From Oligoflexia bacterium (lineage in GTDB: Bacteria; Bdellovibrionota; Bdellovibrionia; JABDDW01), in the NCBI GenBank assembly GCA_043732305.1, contig JAYTHU010000102.1, positions 32,001-96,000 of the forward strand: DNA of 64,000 bases. Direction: 5' to 3'. Positions 39,075-49,376 of the stretch are shown in pieces. The notes beneath the pieces are model-generated. The model made no database searches, was not told where the DNA came from, and worked only from the letters and a program-made list of their open reading frames with translations. The first letter of the stretch is position 1; every line of letters begins with the position of its first letter. Position numbers and translations under genes: made by a program.

Positions 39075-40732
39075 GGAATGACTAATCTTTGGCCGGGATG
39101 AAGCAATCCTTTTCCGGGAAGACTGTTGGCTTCTTTTATTTTCTGAATGCTCACGCCAAATTCTTGGGCAATGCTGGAAAGCGTGTCTCCGGGAAGAATT
39201 TTATATATGCCATTATTAAGAGCGCCACGTCCGGTGACTTTTAGCGAACCCTCAGGAGTAGCAAGGATAGCCGCTTTCAATTTTTCCAGAGTACCCGCAG
39301 GAACGCGGATCGTGTAATCGGCGGGAATTTTTTTAATATTTGCGATGACTGGACGGGTGAAATAGGGATTGAAGAGTCTGAGAATATCAAAGCTGTCTTT
39401 GCCAGGTTCCGAAGGAAAAATGCTTTCCGCAAGTTTTGCGATTTCGCCAAAATAACTTGCACGAGGAAGAGCAAAGTCTTCATGGATGAGGGGCTGACTG
39501 ACATCCACTTTGCCGAAATATTTCTGCGCATGAGACTCGACGTGCAATGCGGCTAAAAACTCGGCAAAGAAATTCTCACTCGCAAATCCGAACTTCTTGC
39601 GGGTAGTGTTCCAAACCATTTCGTTGATGTCTTGAGTTTTCATTTTTTTCACAATGGCAGCAACACCTGCTGGGCCGTGATTGTATGCCGTGAGCGCTAA
39701 AGGCCAGCTGCCAAGCATCTTATAATTCAAACGCAAAAGTTTAGCGGCGGCTCGGGTTGCCTCCAAAGGATCGTTGCGAGGATCTTTGATTGTATCGATT
39801 TTGAAAAACAATTTTCCGGTACCGCGCATGAATTGCCAAATACCGCTCGCCCCCACATGAGACATCGCATACAGATTGAACGTGCTTTCCACAAAAGGAA
39901 GTCGGGTAAGTTCAATGGGCATTTTTTCTTCACGAAAAATTTTCTCCATTTCACGAATATATCGACCTGAAAAATAAATCCCTAAAATGAATCGATCTTT
40001 CTGGCCCAATTGCATACGCAGACGATGCTTGCCCTGAGCTTCGACAAATTTATTTTTGTCCGGAATGAACTTAAACTTTTCATAAATTTCTTGGTCTTCT
40101 TTGGATAAAACGGAAGGGTCGTCTTTAGAACGATGAATCCTTTGCAACGCCTCTTTGATCAAGCGTTTGTCATCCTTGATTTCTTTTTTCTTCTGCCGTT
40201 CTTTTTCAAGAGGATTCAATTTTGTGTCTGCATCGAGTGCAGTGAAATCTAACACTTTATAGACGATGTCCATGTACTTGGCATCATGGAGCAGAACTTG
40301 TTTGGTGGTGTATTTGCTATAAATATCAATCCAGAAATTAACACGGTCATGAAATCCAGGGGGAGTTTCAAAAGCGGTGGGCGACCAACCGAGCGCTTCC
40401 ATCTGCTTGGAAAAATCGGGCTTACTCCAATAAACTCCTGTCTTTTTCATTTCCAAACTTGCAATTTGCTTTTGAACTTCTTGATCTACAAATGCTTCGT
40501 CGATAACTTCTTCTGCGGCGTCGTCGGTGCTTCCTTGGCTCGCGGCATCTTCCGTCGAAGGCTTTACTTCTTCGGGAGTAGTCTCCCCGGCTTTCAGGAG
40601 GTCAGCGGCGCTAGGGTTTTTCATATCCAAATCGTTTGCTCGAGAATCAGAATGCAAACTCAACAGCAAACATACCGCGATGACCGTTAGAGAAATTTTG
40701 GAAGTACTTAAAGAATGCATTTTATCCTTCAT
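39071..40732 (-). CDS. MltD-like lytic transglycosylase with C-terminal LysM
   Basis: PFVESTFN, GASGIWQFM, LALTAYNHG; LysM YKILPGDTLSSIA. Confidence 0.9.
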   Translation of the reverse strand: MKDKMHSLSTSKISLTVIAVCLLLSLHSDSRANDLDMKNPSAADLLKAGETTPEEVKPSTEDAASQGSTDDAAEEVIDEAFVDQEVQKQIASLEMKKTGVYWSKPDFSKQMEALGWSPTAFETPPGFHDRVNFWIDIYSKYTTKQVLLHDAKYMDIVYKVLDFTALDADTKLNPLEKERQKKKEIKDDKRLIKEALQRIHRSKDDPSVLSKEDQEIYEKFKFIPDKNKFVEAQGKHRLRMQLGQKDRFILGIYFSGRYIREMEKIFREEKMPIELTRLPFVESTFNLYAMSHVGASGIWQFMRGTGKLFFKIDTIKDPRNDPLEATRAAAKLLRLNYKMLGSWPLALTAYNHGPAGVAAIVKKMKTQDINEMVWNTTRKKFGFASENFFAEFLAALHVESHAQKYFGKVDVSQPLIHEDFALPRASYFGEIAKLAESIFPSEPGKDSFDILRLFNPYFTRPVIANIKKIPADYTIRVPAGTLEKLKAAILATPEGSLKVTGRGALNNGIYKILPGDTLSSIAQEFGVSIQKIKEANSLPGKGLLHPGQRLVIP

Positions 40733-42159
40733 CGGGTGAGTTGTGCAGCGAGGTTGTCGAAAACTTCTCGGATATGGGCTTCGTCGCCATTGCCGTTAAA
40801 AATGAACGCGAAGAGAATTTGTTCACCAGCGCCGCGCCCAGCAAATCCCGAAAGTGCCACGACTCCGTTAAGCAATCCTGTCTTGGCTCTCACTTTTCTT
40901 TCACCGATGGACCCTTTGAAACGTTTTTCTAAAGTTCCGTCTACGCCAGCAACCGGCAAGCTCTGGATAAATTCGGGAGCAATCGCAAAATCTTTTTGCA
41001 CCCAACGTAAGAGCTGGGTGAACTGTTGGGCAGAAAATGAATTCTTGCGAGTGAAGCCAGAAACATTCACCAAAGTGAAATCATCAAGCCCCACTTGGTT
41101 TTTAAGAAAACTCCGAGCTTTTTGCAATGCCGTGTCCATCTTACCAGGACCACCAGAGATTTCTGCGGCCATGTCCTTAGCTAACGTCTCTGCAACAAAA
41201 TTATTTGAAAACTTATTTTGGCTGGCAACCAAATGAGCAAGTCTTTCACTTGAAACTTCTGATTTCAGCACAGCTGATGAGGGAACTTTTCCTTGAATCA
41301 CGCGCCCATTGAAATCAACGCCTCGCTGTTTTAAAAAACCTTTTAAATTATAGCCAGCATACAAAGAAGGCTCTGTTACATTTTTATAAATATGTTTTTC
41401 ATCAGAACCCAAGCCAATTTTTCCGCTCACGGTCACAACATCATGTCCATTCACAAATTCTCGCTCACAAGACAAATCGCTGCCTTTTTTTCCCGTCACG
41501 GCTCGATTTTTTAAAATAATGTATTCGTTTGCGGGGTCAACGTAAACACGCGCGGGGTCTCCAACGGCGGCACCGGGTCTCACAAAAAGTGTGGTGCTGT
41601 TCCAATTGAAAGAAAGTCCGGAGAGTGGTGCATCGTAAGCACGATCATTTCGATCAGACTCGCGGCCTTTGTCGAATTTTTCTTCGTCCAAATAACTTTC
41701 GTCTACCACAATGTCGCCATCAATTTTCTTAATATCAGCGCGAAGGAAATCATTCACCAGCATCCACATTTTTTCTGAAACGAAACCGGGATCTCCCCCA
41801 CCTTTGAGATACAAATTTCCTTTGAGCATTCCATCACTGAAATTCCCGGTGGCAAGAATCTGAGTCTTAAATTGATGATCAGGCTTGAACGTATCTAAAA
41901 CAACCGCGGTAGTGATGAGCTTTGTGATTGAAGCAGGAATGAGATGCTTTTTACCGTTTATACTGAAAACCTCGTCGCCGGAAGACGTCATGGCATAAAG
42001 ACTGAGGTGGTCCTTCTGGATTCCAGAGTTTTCGACGATCTTTTCAAGCTTATGTTTCAGTCCGGGATCATCTTGACTGATCGAAAACGACAGACTGGAC
42101 CAAAGACTGAGGCCGAGACTTAAAATGATGACGCTAGGCAAAACTATTATTTTGTTCAT
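40729..42159 (-). CDS. dacB: D-Ala-D-Ala carboxypeptidase/endopeptidase PBP4
   Basis: PASITK (SxxK), GGGDP, SNN (SxN), AKTG. Confidence 0.93.
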   Translation of the reverse strand: MNKIIVLPSVIILSLGLSLWSSLSFSISQDDPGLKHKLEKIVENSGIQKDHLSLYAMTSSGDEVFSINGKKHLIPASITKLITTAVVLDTFKPDHQFKTQILATGNFSDGMLKGNLYLKGGGDPGFVSEKMWMLVNDFLRADIKKIDGDIVVDESYLDEEKFDKGRESDRNDRAYDAPLSGLSFNWNSTTLFVRPGAAVGDPARVYVDPANEYIILKNRAVTGKKGSDLSCEREFVNGHDVVTVSGKIGLGSDEKHIYKNVTEPSLYAGYNLKGFLKQRGVDFNGRVIQGKVPSSAVLKSEVSSERLAHLVASQNKFSNNFVAETLAKDMAAEISGGPGKMDTALQKARSFLKNQVGLDDFTLVNVSGFTRKNSFSAQQFTQLLRWVQKDFAIAPEFIQSLPVAGVDGTLEKRFKGSIGERKVRAKTGLLNGVVALSGFAGRGAGEQILFAFIFNGNGDEAHIREVFDNLAAQLTR

Positions 42160-42221
42160 TGTGACTAGTAGAACTCGAAACGTTCTTGATTTCAACAGGC
42201 TGATTCAAGCAGCATGAAATT

Positions 42222-43127
42222 ATGCATCCAAAGATTTTAGTACCAAAGATTCTAGTAGTCGACGACGAAGCAAATACGAGAGAAGCAATCAAACGCACCC
42301 TTCATAAGGACTTTGAAGTTCTAGAAGCTGAAGGTGGGCCCGAGGCTCTTGCGATTGTGACTGCTCATGATGACATAACTATCGTCCTCACCGACGAGCG
42401 CATGCCAGGCATGACTGGAATCGAACTCCTCACGCAGATCAAACAAACTCACCCGAAGATTGTACGGGTTATTTTATCCGGGCAAATTGAGCTTGAAGGC
42501 ATGATGAGCGCGGTGAACCAAGCTTCTGTACATCGCTTTATTATGAAGCCATGGGACAACACTTTCTTGCGTTTGCAACTTCAAGAAGCACTGTTGCATC
42601 ACAGGGATTTAGGCGAGATGCGCCGGCTTCAGCAATTGGCGATCACTGATCCCGTCACGAGCCTCACCAATCATCGATTTTTTCAAGAACGAGTGCGAGA
42701 AGAGCTGGACCGATCTAAACGCCACGGAAGAAGTTTCAGTTTGCTGATGATCGATGTCGATTATTTTAAACTCTTCAATGACAAGTATGGCCACCCCGCC
42801 GGTGATCAGGCGCTTTTTAGACTCGCTCAGCTTTTGAAAAAAGCAACTAGACTAGCCGACACCATTTCTAGATATGGCGGCGAAGAATTCACAATGATTC
42901 TTCCTGAAACTGCGCGTGCGCCTGCACTTGAGGTAGCGGAGAGAATTCGTAAGGACATGGAAACTTCGATTATAGATCCCGTGAATCGTCATGTTTTTAC
43001 TTTCAGCATAGGACTCTCTACCTTTCCCGATGATGCACTCACCGTGGAAGAATTGATTTTCAAGGCAGACCAAGCCCTTTATCAAGCCAAGCAAAAAGGG
43101 CGAAATCGCGTTGAAGCTTGTTCCTGA
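42222..43127 (+). CDS. Response-regulator diguanylate cyclase (REC-GGEEF)
   Basis: VVDDE...TDERMP receiver; NDKYGHPAGD, RxxD I-site (RLAD), RYGGEEF. Confidence 0.92.
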   Translation: MHPKILVPKILVVDDEANTREAIKRTLHKDFEVLEAEGGPEALAIVTAHDDITIVLTDERMPGMTGIELLTQIKQTHPKIVRVILSGQIELEGMMSAVNQASVHRFIMKPWDNTFLRLQLQEALLHHRDLGEMRRLQQLAITDPVTSLTNHRFFQERVREELDRSKRHGRSFSLLMIDVDYFKLFNDKYGHPAGDQALFRLAQLLKKATRLADTISRYGGEEFTMILPETARAPALEVAERIRKDMETSIIDPVNRHVFTFSIGLSTFPDDALTVEELIFKADQALYQAKQKGRNRVEACS

Positions 43128-43131
43128 ATTC

Positions 43132-43146
43132 TGTTAGACTAAGTGT
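43132..43146 (+). promoter_or_regulatory. Extended -10 promoter, leaderless lspA
   Basis: TG-T-TAGACT, 6 nt, ATG. Confidence 0.45.
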
Positions 43147-44034
43147 ATGAAAAAAAATGATTGGATGATCGTTCTCTTACCTTTACTTTTCACTTGGGGT
43201 ATCGACCGCGCCACCAAAATGTGGGCGGTGCATCTTACCAATTTTAATTTCTACGGACCCATTGGTTTTATTCTTCATCACAATCATGGCGCTCTCTTAG
43301 GTTTGTTCAGCAGCCTCCCAGCTATGTTGCGAATTGTGAGTCTTTCCACTGGCGGTGCTTTTCTACTTTTCATTTTTGCTATTTTGCAATTTTTATTACC
43401 CACAAAATCCATGTTGTTGCGTGCGGGACTTTCCATCCTAATTGGTGGAATCATCGGAAACGTCACAGATCGAATTATCTGGGGCTACGTTGTTGATTTC
43501 ATTGTGATGGGAAATATCAATCACTTTTCCCCGGCGTTTAATTTGGCAGATGCTCTTCAATGGGTGGGTTATGGCTGCATCGTGGTTGCTTTTATCAAAG
43601 AAGGCAAAGCACTTTTGCCGGAAGAAAACCTGCGCAAAAGTTATTGGATCAACGTCCGCTTCCAATTGAAATATTCATTTGCTCTCGTGGCTGTGGGCTT
43701 GGGTCTTTCTGTCATTGCAGGCACCTACAGTTACACTTACTTGCGTGTGACTTTGCATGAGCTTCGCGGAGACAATCCCATTTTAAACGACCAGTTTCTG
43801 ATTCCGTTCATCATCACTTTTGCAATCGTGACAGCAACATTCTGCATTGTGCTTTTTTGGGTGGGAATGGTTTTATCGCATAGAGCCGCGGGTCCACTTT
43901 ATGCTTTTGAAAGATTTCTAGATAACACTCTTGCTGGAAAGCACGCTGTGTTGAAATTGCGCGCCGGAGATGAGTTCAAACAATTGGAAAAATTGGCCGA
44001 GAAGCTCAACCAAGGACTCAATCCAAAATCTTAG
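43147..44034 (+). CDS. lspA: Lipoprotein signal peptidase II fused to a 2TM-HAMP-like module
   Basis: DRATK, NHGA, GNVTDR, VVDFI, FNLAD; extra ~130 aa ending SHRAAGPL...LRAGDEF. Confidence 0.85.
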   Translation: MKKNDWMIVLLPLLFTWGIDRATKMWAVHLTNFNFYGPIGFILHHNHGALLGLFSSLPAMLRIVSLSTGGAFLLFIFAILQFLLPTKSMLLRAGLSILIGGIIGNVTDRIIWGYVVDFIVMGNINHFSPAFNLADALQWVGYGCIVVAFIKEGKALLPEENLRKSYWINVRFQLKYSFALVAVGLGLSVIAGTYSYTYLRVTLHELRGDNPILNDQFLIPFIITFAIVTATFCIVLFWVGMVLSHRAAGPLYAFERFLDNTLAGKHAVLKLRAGDEFKQLEKLAEKLNQGLNPKS

Positions 44035-44851
44035 CTTTTGAAATTCGATTGAGAAAATATCTCTTTTCCTTATTTTCATCGTGAGCCATCCCGACTAAAA
44101 AATCACCATCAGGATTTCTGACCATTCCTAACGGAGTGACTTTTCTGGGAACACCCGGTCGAGAACCACCTTCATAGGTTATTTCTAAAACGATTTGCTT
44201 TTGTGATGCTTCAACCAATGGTCCATAGACAGAATGATTTATTAATTCTTGGATCGAATAACGAGGCCACATTAGCGCTCCACCTTGCACGTTGTAAACG
44301 TGTTCCAAAGTCGAAAGTGCACCGGTAGCTTCCATACATCTGAGACCAGCTTCCAAACAAGCACGACTGTCATCCAAAGCCCGGTGAGCAGCTCCCACTT
44401 TGATTTCGAAATTATGCACGAGCGTGGCCAAGCGATGATTAATGAATTTCGGAAATAATTTTCGCGCAAGTAAACAACTACACAAAACTGGATTGATAGG
44501 CAGAGGTAAATTGAGTTTTTCATACTCAAGCGTGAGAAAACCCATATCAAAAGGCGCATGATGCGCGATCAAGATTGAACCATCAGAAATAAATTCATGA
44601 AATTTTGGAAGCACATCTTTAATAGGAGGAGCATCGGCCACCATTTCATTGGTGATATGATGAATGCGAATAACAGCTTCACCCATTTGTTGGATTGGCT
44701 TCACAAAAGATTCAAATTTGTCGATGACTTTGCCATTGCGCCATTTCACGGCCGCAAGTTCGCATATCTCTGCAACCAACGGAAAACGTCCCGTGGTCTC
44801 AGTGTCGAATCCAATATAGGTCTGATCTTTCCACATTTCTTTCATGGCCAC
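44018..44851 (-). CDS. DEDDh 3'-5' exonuclease (DnaQ-like) with C-terminal WYL domain
   Basis: FDTETTG, AHHAPFD, HRALDD; LEITY...RKVTP...RYFLNRI. Confidence 0.85.
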   Translation of the reverse strand: MAMKEMWKDQTYIGFDTETTGRFPLVAEICELAAVKWRNGKVIDKFESFVKPIQQMGEAVIRIHHITNEMVADAPPIKDVLPKFHEFISDGSILIAHHAPFDMGFLTLEYEKLNLPLPINPVLCSCLLARKLFPKFINHRLATLVHNFEIKVGAAHRALDDSRACLEAGLRCMEATGALSTLEHVYNVQGGALMWPRYSIQELINHSVYGPLVEASQKQIVLEITYEGGSRPGVPRKVTPLGMVRNPDGDFLVGMAHDENKEKRYFLNRISKAKILD

Positions 44852-44868
44852 ATTTCTTTCATAATTCC

Positions 44869-45648
44869 TTATTTCAACTGCAGATAAACATAACCAGGAT
44901 GACTGTCGGATTTCTTATCCGCAATCGCATCAAAAACTTTGTATTCGGGGGACCAATAGGGTTCATACCATTGACGATCCGGATCCAAGATCAATACCAA
45001 TTTTTGTTTTTCGTCATAAGCGCCCACAGGAGCAATATGGCCAATCATTCCGCCACCGTCACCGGTGAGAACGCCTTGAGTAAAATTCAAAATAATAAAG
45101 TCACTGTCTGATTTTTCGTTTTTCACTAACAACTCATGAAATTTCTTTTTAGAGGCATCCAAGTTTTTAAAATCGATAACTTCCAATTCTATTTTCGATT
45201 TTGCTCCGCCAATTTTTAGACGATTCACCGCGGTCTTTAAAATTTCCGCCAATCTCTCAACGGAAACTCCCAAACGCACACCATGTTTAGCGGCATCCGT
45301 CAGATTTCCACTAACTTGATAACGATAGCGATCATCCGTGTATTTCTCGCCGAGATTCTTCTCCGTCACTAATTCGTCCTCTTGGGTCAGCGGAGAATTT
45401 TTGCGAGCGGCATTTAGAACCATGGTGAGAGATGCCGCCGAACAAGAAGATCCATTCGCTTGACCTGTGTAGTACGGCATAAGCGCCCAAAAGTCTTTGG
45501 CTTCTTGAGTTTTAAAATAAGTTTCGTTGGTCTTTGCGGACATCGGTGAAGCATCCGGTCCATACTTACCTGGCTTGGGGCCGGCATTGACCACGGAACA
45601 GTTTGCGACAAATAAGCTGAGAAGCAGCACAATGCTCAATTTTAACAT
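44869..45648 (-). CDS. Exported phytochelatin synthase-like (papain-fold) protein
   Basis: Signal peptide; Q...SCSAASLTMVLNA, GHIAPVGAYD, LILDPDR..YEPYW. Confidence 0.85.
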   Translation of the reverse strand: MLKLSIVLLLSLFVANCSVVNAGPKPGKYGPDASPMSAKTNETYFKTQEAKDFWALMPYYTGQANGSSCSAASLTMVLNAARKNSPLTQEDELVTEKNLGEKYTDDRYRYQVSGNLTDAAKHGVRLGVSVERLAEILKTAVNRLKIGGAKSKIELEVIDFKNLDASKKKFHELLVKNEKSDSDFIILNFTQGVLTGDGGGMIGHIAPVGAYDEKQKLVLILDPDRQWYEPYWSPEYKVFDAIADKKSDSHPGYVYLQLK

Positions 45649-45744
45649 TCTTGCCTTTTCGCCCTTCTTTTTATAAGTTTTGCTTGAGAAGAATTCACCG
45701 GTTTTTATTGAAGACTTGTACCATTACTTATAGCGAGGTCTCCC

Positions 45745-46572
45745 ATGTTACTCAAAGGAAAAAAGGCTCTTATCCTAGGCATTGCAAATGAGCGATCCAT
45801 CGCATGGGCCATGGCCCAACAGTTCAAAGCTCAGGGATGCGAACTCGCATTTACTTATGCCGGTGATGCCATCAAAAAGCGTGTGGAACCCTTGGCTTCG
45901 GAAATTGGATGCAAGCTAGTTTTTCCCTGCGACGTCTCATCTGATGCCGATATAAAGAATCTTTTTAACGAGCTGAAAAAACATTGGGACCAGTTCGATA
46001 TTTTGGTCCATTCGATTGGGTACGCCAATAAAGAAGAGCTCAGCGGAAGTTTTCTCAATACGACTCGCGAAGGCTTCAGAGTAGCCCTCGATATTTCCGC
46101 CTATTCGCTCATTGGCTTGGTAAAAGAATCATTCGACATGTTGAAACCTGGCGGATCCGTGATCACATTGAGTTATCTGGGCGCAGCCAAAGTTGTTCAA
46201 AATTACAATGTGATGGGAGTGGCCAAAGCGGCACTCGAATCATCGGTCAGATACCTCGCATGGGAACTGGGCACAAAAGGTGTTCGCTGCAATGCTATTT
46301 CTGCTGGACCTGTTAAAACGTTAGCTGCTTCTGGCGTGCGCGGATTCCGTGCCTTGCTTGATTCCGTGGGCCAAATGAGCGCTCTCCACAGAAACATCAC
46401 CGCCGATGAAGTCGGAAAAGCTGGATTGTATTTAGCGAGCGATCTCTCGAGTGGTGTCACCGGCGAAATTCATTATGTCGATGCTGGTTTCAGCACGGCG
46501 GCATTGCGAATTCCAGAAGCTAAACCTGTCGCACCCGCGGCTTCTGTATCTGGCTCTGGCTCTGGCGAATAA
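45745..46572 (+). CDS. fabI: Enoyl-ACP reductase
   Basis: GIANERSIAW, ISAYSL, YNVMGVAKAALE, ISAGPVKTLAA. Confidence 0.96.
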   Translation: MLLKGKKALILGIANERSIAWAMAQQFKAQGCELAFTYAGDAIKKRVEPLASEIGCKLVFPCDVSSDADIKNLFNELKKHWDQFDILVHSIGYANKEELSGSFLNTTREGFRVALDISAYSLIGLVKESFDMLKPGGSVITLSYLGAAKVVQNYNVMGVAKAALESSVRYLAWELGTKGVRCNAISAGPVKTLAASGVRGFRALLDSVGQMSALHRNITADEVGKAGLYLASDLSSGVTGEIHYVDAGFSTAALRIPEAKPVAPAASVSGSGSGE

Positions 46573-46926
46573 TTTCGAGATCGCGGAGTAACCTTCTCCA
46601 CTGATTGACTCACCGCTAATTCCGCCGCGTTAGTAGAATTTCCTGCAACCTCGTTATTTGATTTTTCTCTAATTTTAGTTTTTACTTTAGCCTCAGACTT
46701 AGTTTTGATTTCGGTTTTCGCGGACAGAAATCTAAAACAACCGTTATGGCTTATAACTTTTTTTTAAGCCTAACCCTCTCTACCAACAAAACGCAGTGAC
46801 CACGAATAATTGGAAAGCTTCCAAAATTAATCATAACTTTCCGCACGCCAAACCAACAACCCCAACACCAAAACCCCAACCGAGCGAAGAATTTGACAAA
46901 TCCCGGTTCGAGTACATATTCCCTTT

Positions 46927-49359
46927 ATGGACAACGACACAGAGAAACCTGACCTTAAAAAGCCCGACACAAAGAAGAATAGCTCTCCGGCGATCACGCC
47001 GCAGGCTGCTGAAAAGACAGGGAAATCTAACATCATTCCGATTTCTGAATTATTGCCCTCGAGACTTCCAATTCTACAGATCAGTCATGGGATTATTTTT
47101 CCTGGAATGATTGTGCCAATGATCTTCTCCAAGGATCATCACAAGAACTTCATGCATTTCATTCTGACTCAAAGTAAAGAATCACCATTTGTGGGAATTA
47201 TTGTGAATTCTAACGCTGAAACTGAAGGCGTAAAATCAGGCCAGGTCGGAGTTGCCGCCCGAGTGATAAAGCGAATTCATCTTCCTGACGGCGCCATTTC
47301 TGTTTTATTTAGTTGCATCAAGCGATTCCAAACTGGACAAGTTTTTAATATTCAACATGACGTGAGTGCCAGTCAGGTCTCATACAAAGACGATATTTTT
47401 TATGCAGACACTGAAACGGAAGCTTACGCTCGCACTGTTTTGAATCAGTTCAAAATTATCAGCCAAGAGAATCCTCTCATCAACGAAGAGATGCGATTGG
47501 CTTTGGCTAATGTTGATGGCCCGGGCAAAATGAGCGATTTGTTGGCCAGTATTCTTATTCGCGATCAAGACGTCTACAAAGATTTTCTTGGCACGTATGA
47601 TGTGAAACTTCGACTCGAGAAACTTCTTTTAGTTTTGAAAAAAGAAATGGAAGTTCATCAGCTTCAATCTAAAATCACAGAAGAAATAAATCAAAATGTT
47701 TCTAAACAGCAACGAGATTTCTTTCTTAGCGAGCAATTGAAACTTATCAAAAAGGAATTAGGCCATAGCGAAGACGATAAAACAAATGCTGTAAAAAAAT
47801 TCTCCGACAGAGTCGCGGGCTTAAAACTTCCAGATGAAACAGACAGGCGTTATAAAGACGAACTTGAAAAATTGCACCTTTTGAATGAGAACAGTCCCGA
47901 GTACGGCGTCACCTACAATTATCTCGATTGGCTGACATCACTTCCATGGGGAATCAACTCGGAAGAAAATCACAATATCAAAAAAGCACAGAGAATTTTG
48001 CAGGAAGACCATTACGGACTTCAAGATGTGAAAGATCGTATTTTAGAGTTTATAGCCGTAAGAAAACTCAAGAACAACACCAAGGGCAGTATTATTTGTC
48101 TCGTGGGTCCTCCCGGAGTTGGAAAAACATCGCTCGGAAAATCTATTGCTCGTGCGTTGAATCGCCCTTTCTATAGATTCAGTGTTGGTGGTATGCGCGA
48201 TGAAGCTGAGATCAAAGGTCACAGACGAACCTACATTGGTTCTATGCCTGGTAAAGTCATTCAAGGTTTGAAAAAAACCGGTGTGAACAATCCAGTCTTC
48301 ATGATCGATGAAATCGACAAAATGGGACACGATTTTAGAGGTGACCCTGCTTCCAGTTTGCTCGAGGTTTTAGATCCCGAGCAAAATGCAGAATTTATGG
48401 ATCACTATTTAGATGTCACTTTTGATGCCAGCAATATTTTATTTGTTTGCACTGCCAATCAATTGGACACAATCGCTCAGCCACTTTTGGATCGCATGCA
48501 GATTATTCGCATTCCCGGTTACATCATGGATGAGAAGATCGCTATCGCAAAAAAATATGTTGTGCCTAAACAGATAGAAAAAAACGGGCTGAAAAAATCT
48601 CAGATGATTTTGGGCGATAAAACTCTCAAAGCTTTGGTTGATGGGTACGCTCGTGAGGCAGGCGTGCGTGGACTCGAGCAGTTCATAGAAAAGCTTTGTC
48701 GCAAACAAGCTTTGAAAATTGCGACCGGCAAAAAATTTAAACCTACAATCCTACCTAAGGATCTCGAAAATTTAATCGGCAGTCCTTATTTTACAAATAA
48801 CGGAAAGCCCACTCTCAAGCCTGGAATGGCTATCGGACTTGCTTGGACGGCCATGGGCGGAGAAACTCTTGTTCTTGAAAGTGTGGCCACACATGGAAAA
48901 GATGGAGCGCTCAAACTGACCGGCCAACTTGGAAATGTGATGACTGAAAGTGCGAATATCGCCTGGACGTACGTCAAGAAAGCACTTCCCAAATCTGAAT
49001 TTTTTAAAGAAAACACCGTGCACGTGCATTTTCCAGCGGGAGCAGTTCCCAAAGACGGACCCAGCGCGGGTATCACGCTTGCAACCAGCTTGTTTAGTTT
49101 GGTGACCGGAAAACGAGTGAAGAAGGACCTGGTTATGACTGGAGAACTCACTCTCACGGGTCAGGTTTTGCCAGTCGGCGGAATCAGAGAAAAAGTAATT
49201 GCCGCCAGACGAAACGGTTACAAAGAAGTGATTTTACCTTTTCAGAACAAGCGAGACCTCAAAGAGATTCCTCTGAGTGTGAAAAAGGGATTGAAATTTC
49301 ATTTGGTCAAGGAAATGGATGAGGTTGTTAAGATTGCCTTGGGTTCAGCGTTAAGATAA
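46927..49359 (+). CDS. lon: ATP-dependent Lon protease
   Basis: DHYGL, GPPGVGKT, GHRRTYIG, DEIDK, PKDGPSAG, GGIREK. Confidence 0.97.
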   Translation: MDNDTEKPDLKKPDTKKNSSPAITPQAAEKTGKSNIIPISELLPSRLPILQISHGIIFPGMIVPMIFSKDHHKNFMHFILTQSKESPFVGIIVNSNAETEGVKSGQVGVAARVIKRIHLPDGAISVLFSCIKRFQTGQVFNIQHDVSASQVSYKDDIFYADTETEAYARTVLNQFKIISQENPLINEEMRLALANVDGPGKMSDLLASILIRDQDVYKDFLGTYDVKLRLEKLLLVLKKEMEVHQLQSKITEEINQNVSKQQRDFFLSEQLKLIKKELGHSEDDKTNAVKKFSDRVAGLKLPDETDRRYKDELEKLHLLNENSPEYGVTYNYLDWLTSLPWGINSEENHNIKKAQRILQEDHYGLQDVKDRILEFIAVRKLKNNTKGSIICLVGPPGVGKTSLGKSIARALNRPFYRFSVGGMRDEAEIKGHRRTYIGSMPGKVIQGLKKTGVNNPVFMIDEIDKMGHDFRGDPASSLLEVLDPEQNAEFMDHYLDVTFDASNILFVCTANQLDTIAQPLLDRMQIIRIPGYIMDEKIAIAKKYVVPKQIEKNGLKKSQMILGDKTLKALVDGYAREAGVRGLEQFIEKLCRKQALKIATGKKFKPTILPKDLENLIGSPYFTNNGKPTLKPGMAIGLAWTAMGGETLVLESVATHGKDGALKLTGQLGNVMTESANIAWTYVKKALPKSEFFKENTVHVHFPAGAVPKDGPSAGITLATSLFSLVTGKRVKKDLVMTGELTLTGQVLPVGGIREKVIAARRNGYKEVILPFQNKRDLKEIPLSVKKGLKFHLVKEMDEVVKIALGSALR

Positions 49360-49376
49360 ACTTGAACTAATCCTAA

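Noticed and set aside
42760..42890. Hypr-type (cGAMP-forming) GGDEF enzyme
   Set aside because: The specificity position reads GHPAGD with the canonical Asp rather than Ser/Thr, so it looks like an ordinary diguanylate cyclase.
46573..46926. Lys-rich open frame on the minus strand, and ORF 46796-47110, between fabI and lon
   Set aside because: No credible start or RBS; they overlap fabI or lon; likely low-complexity promoter DNA.
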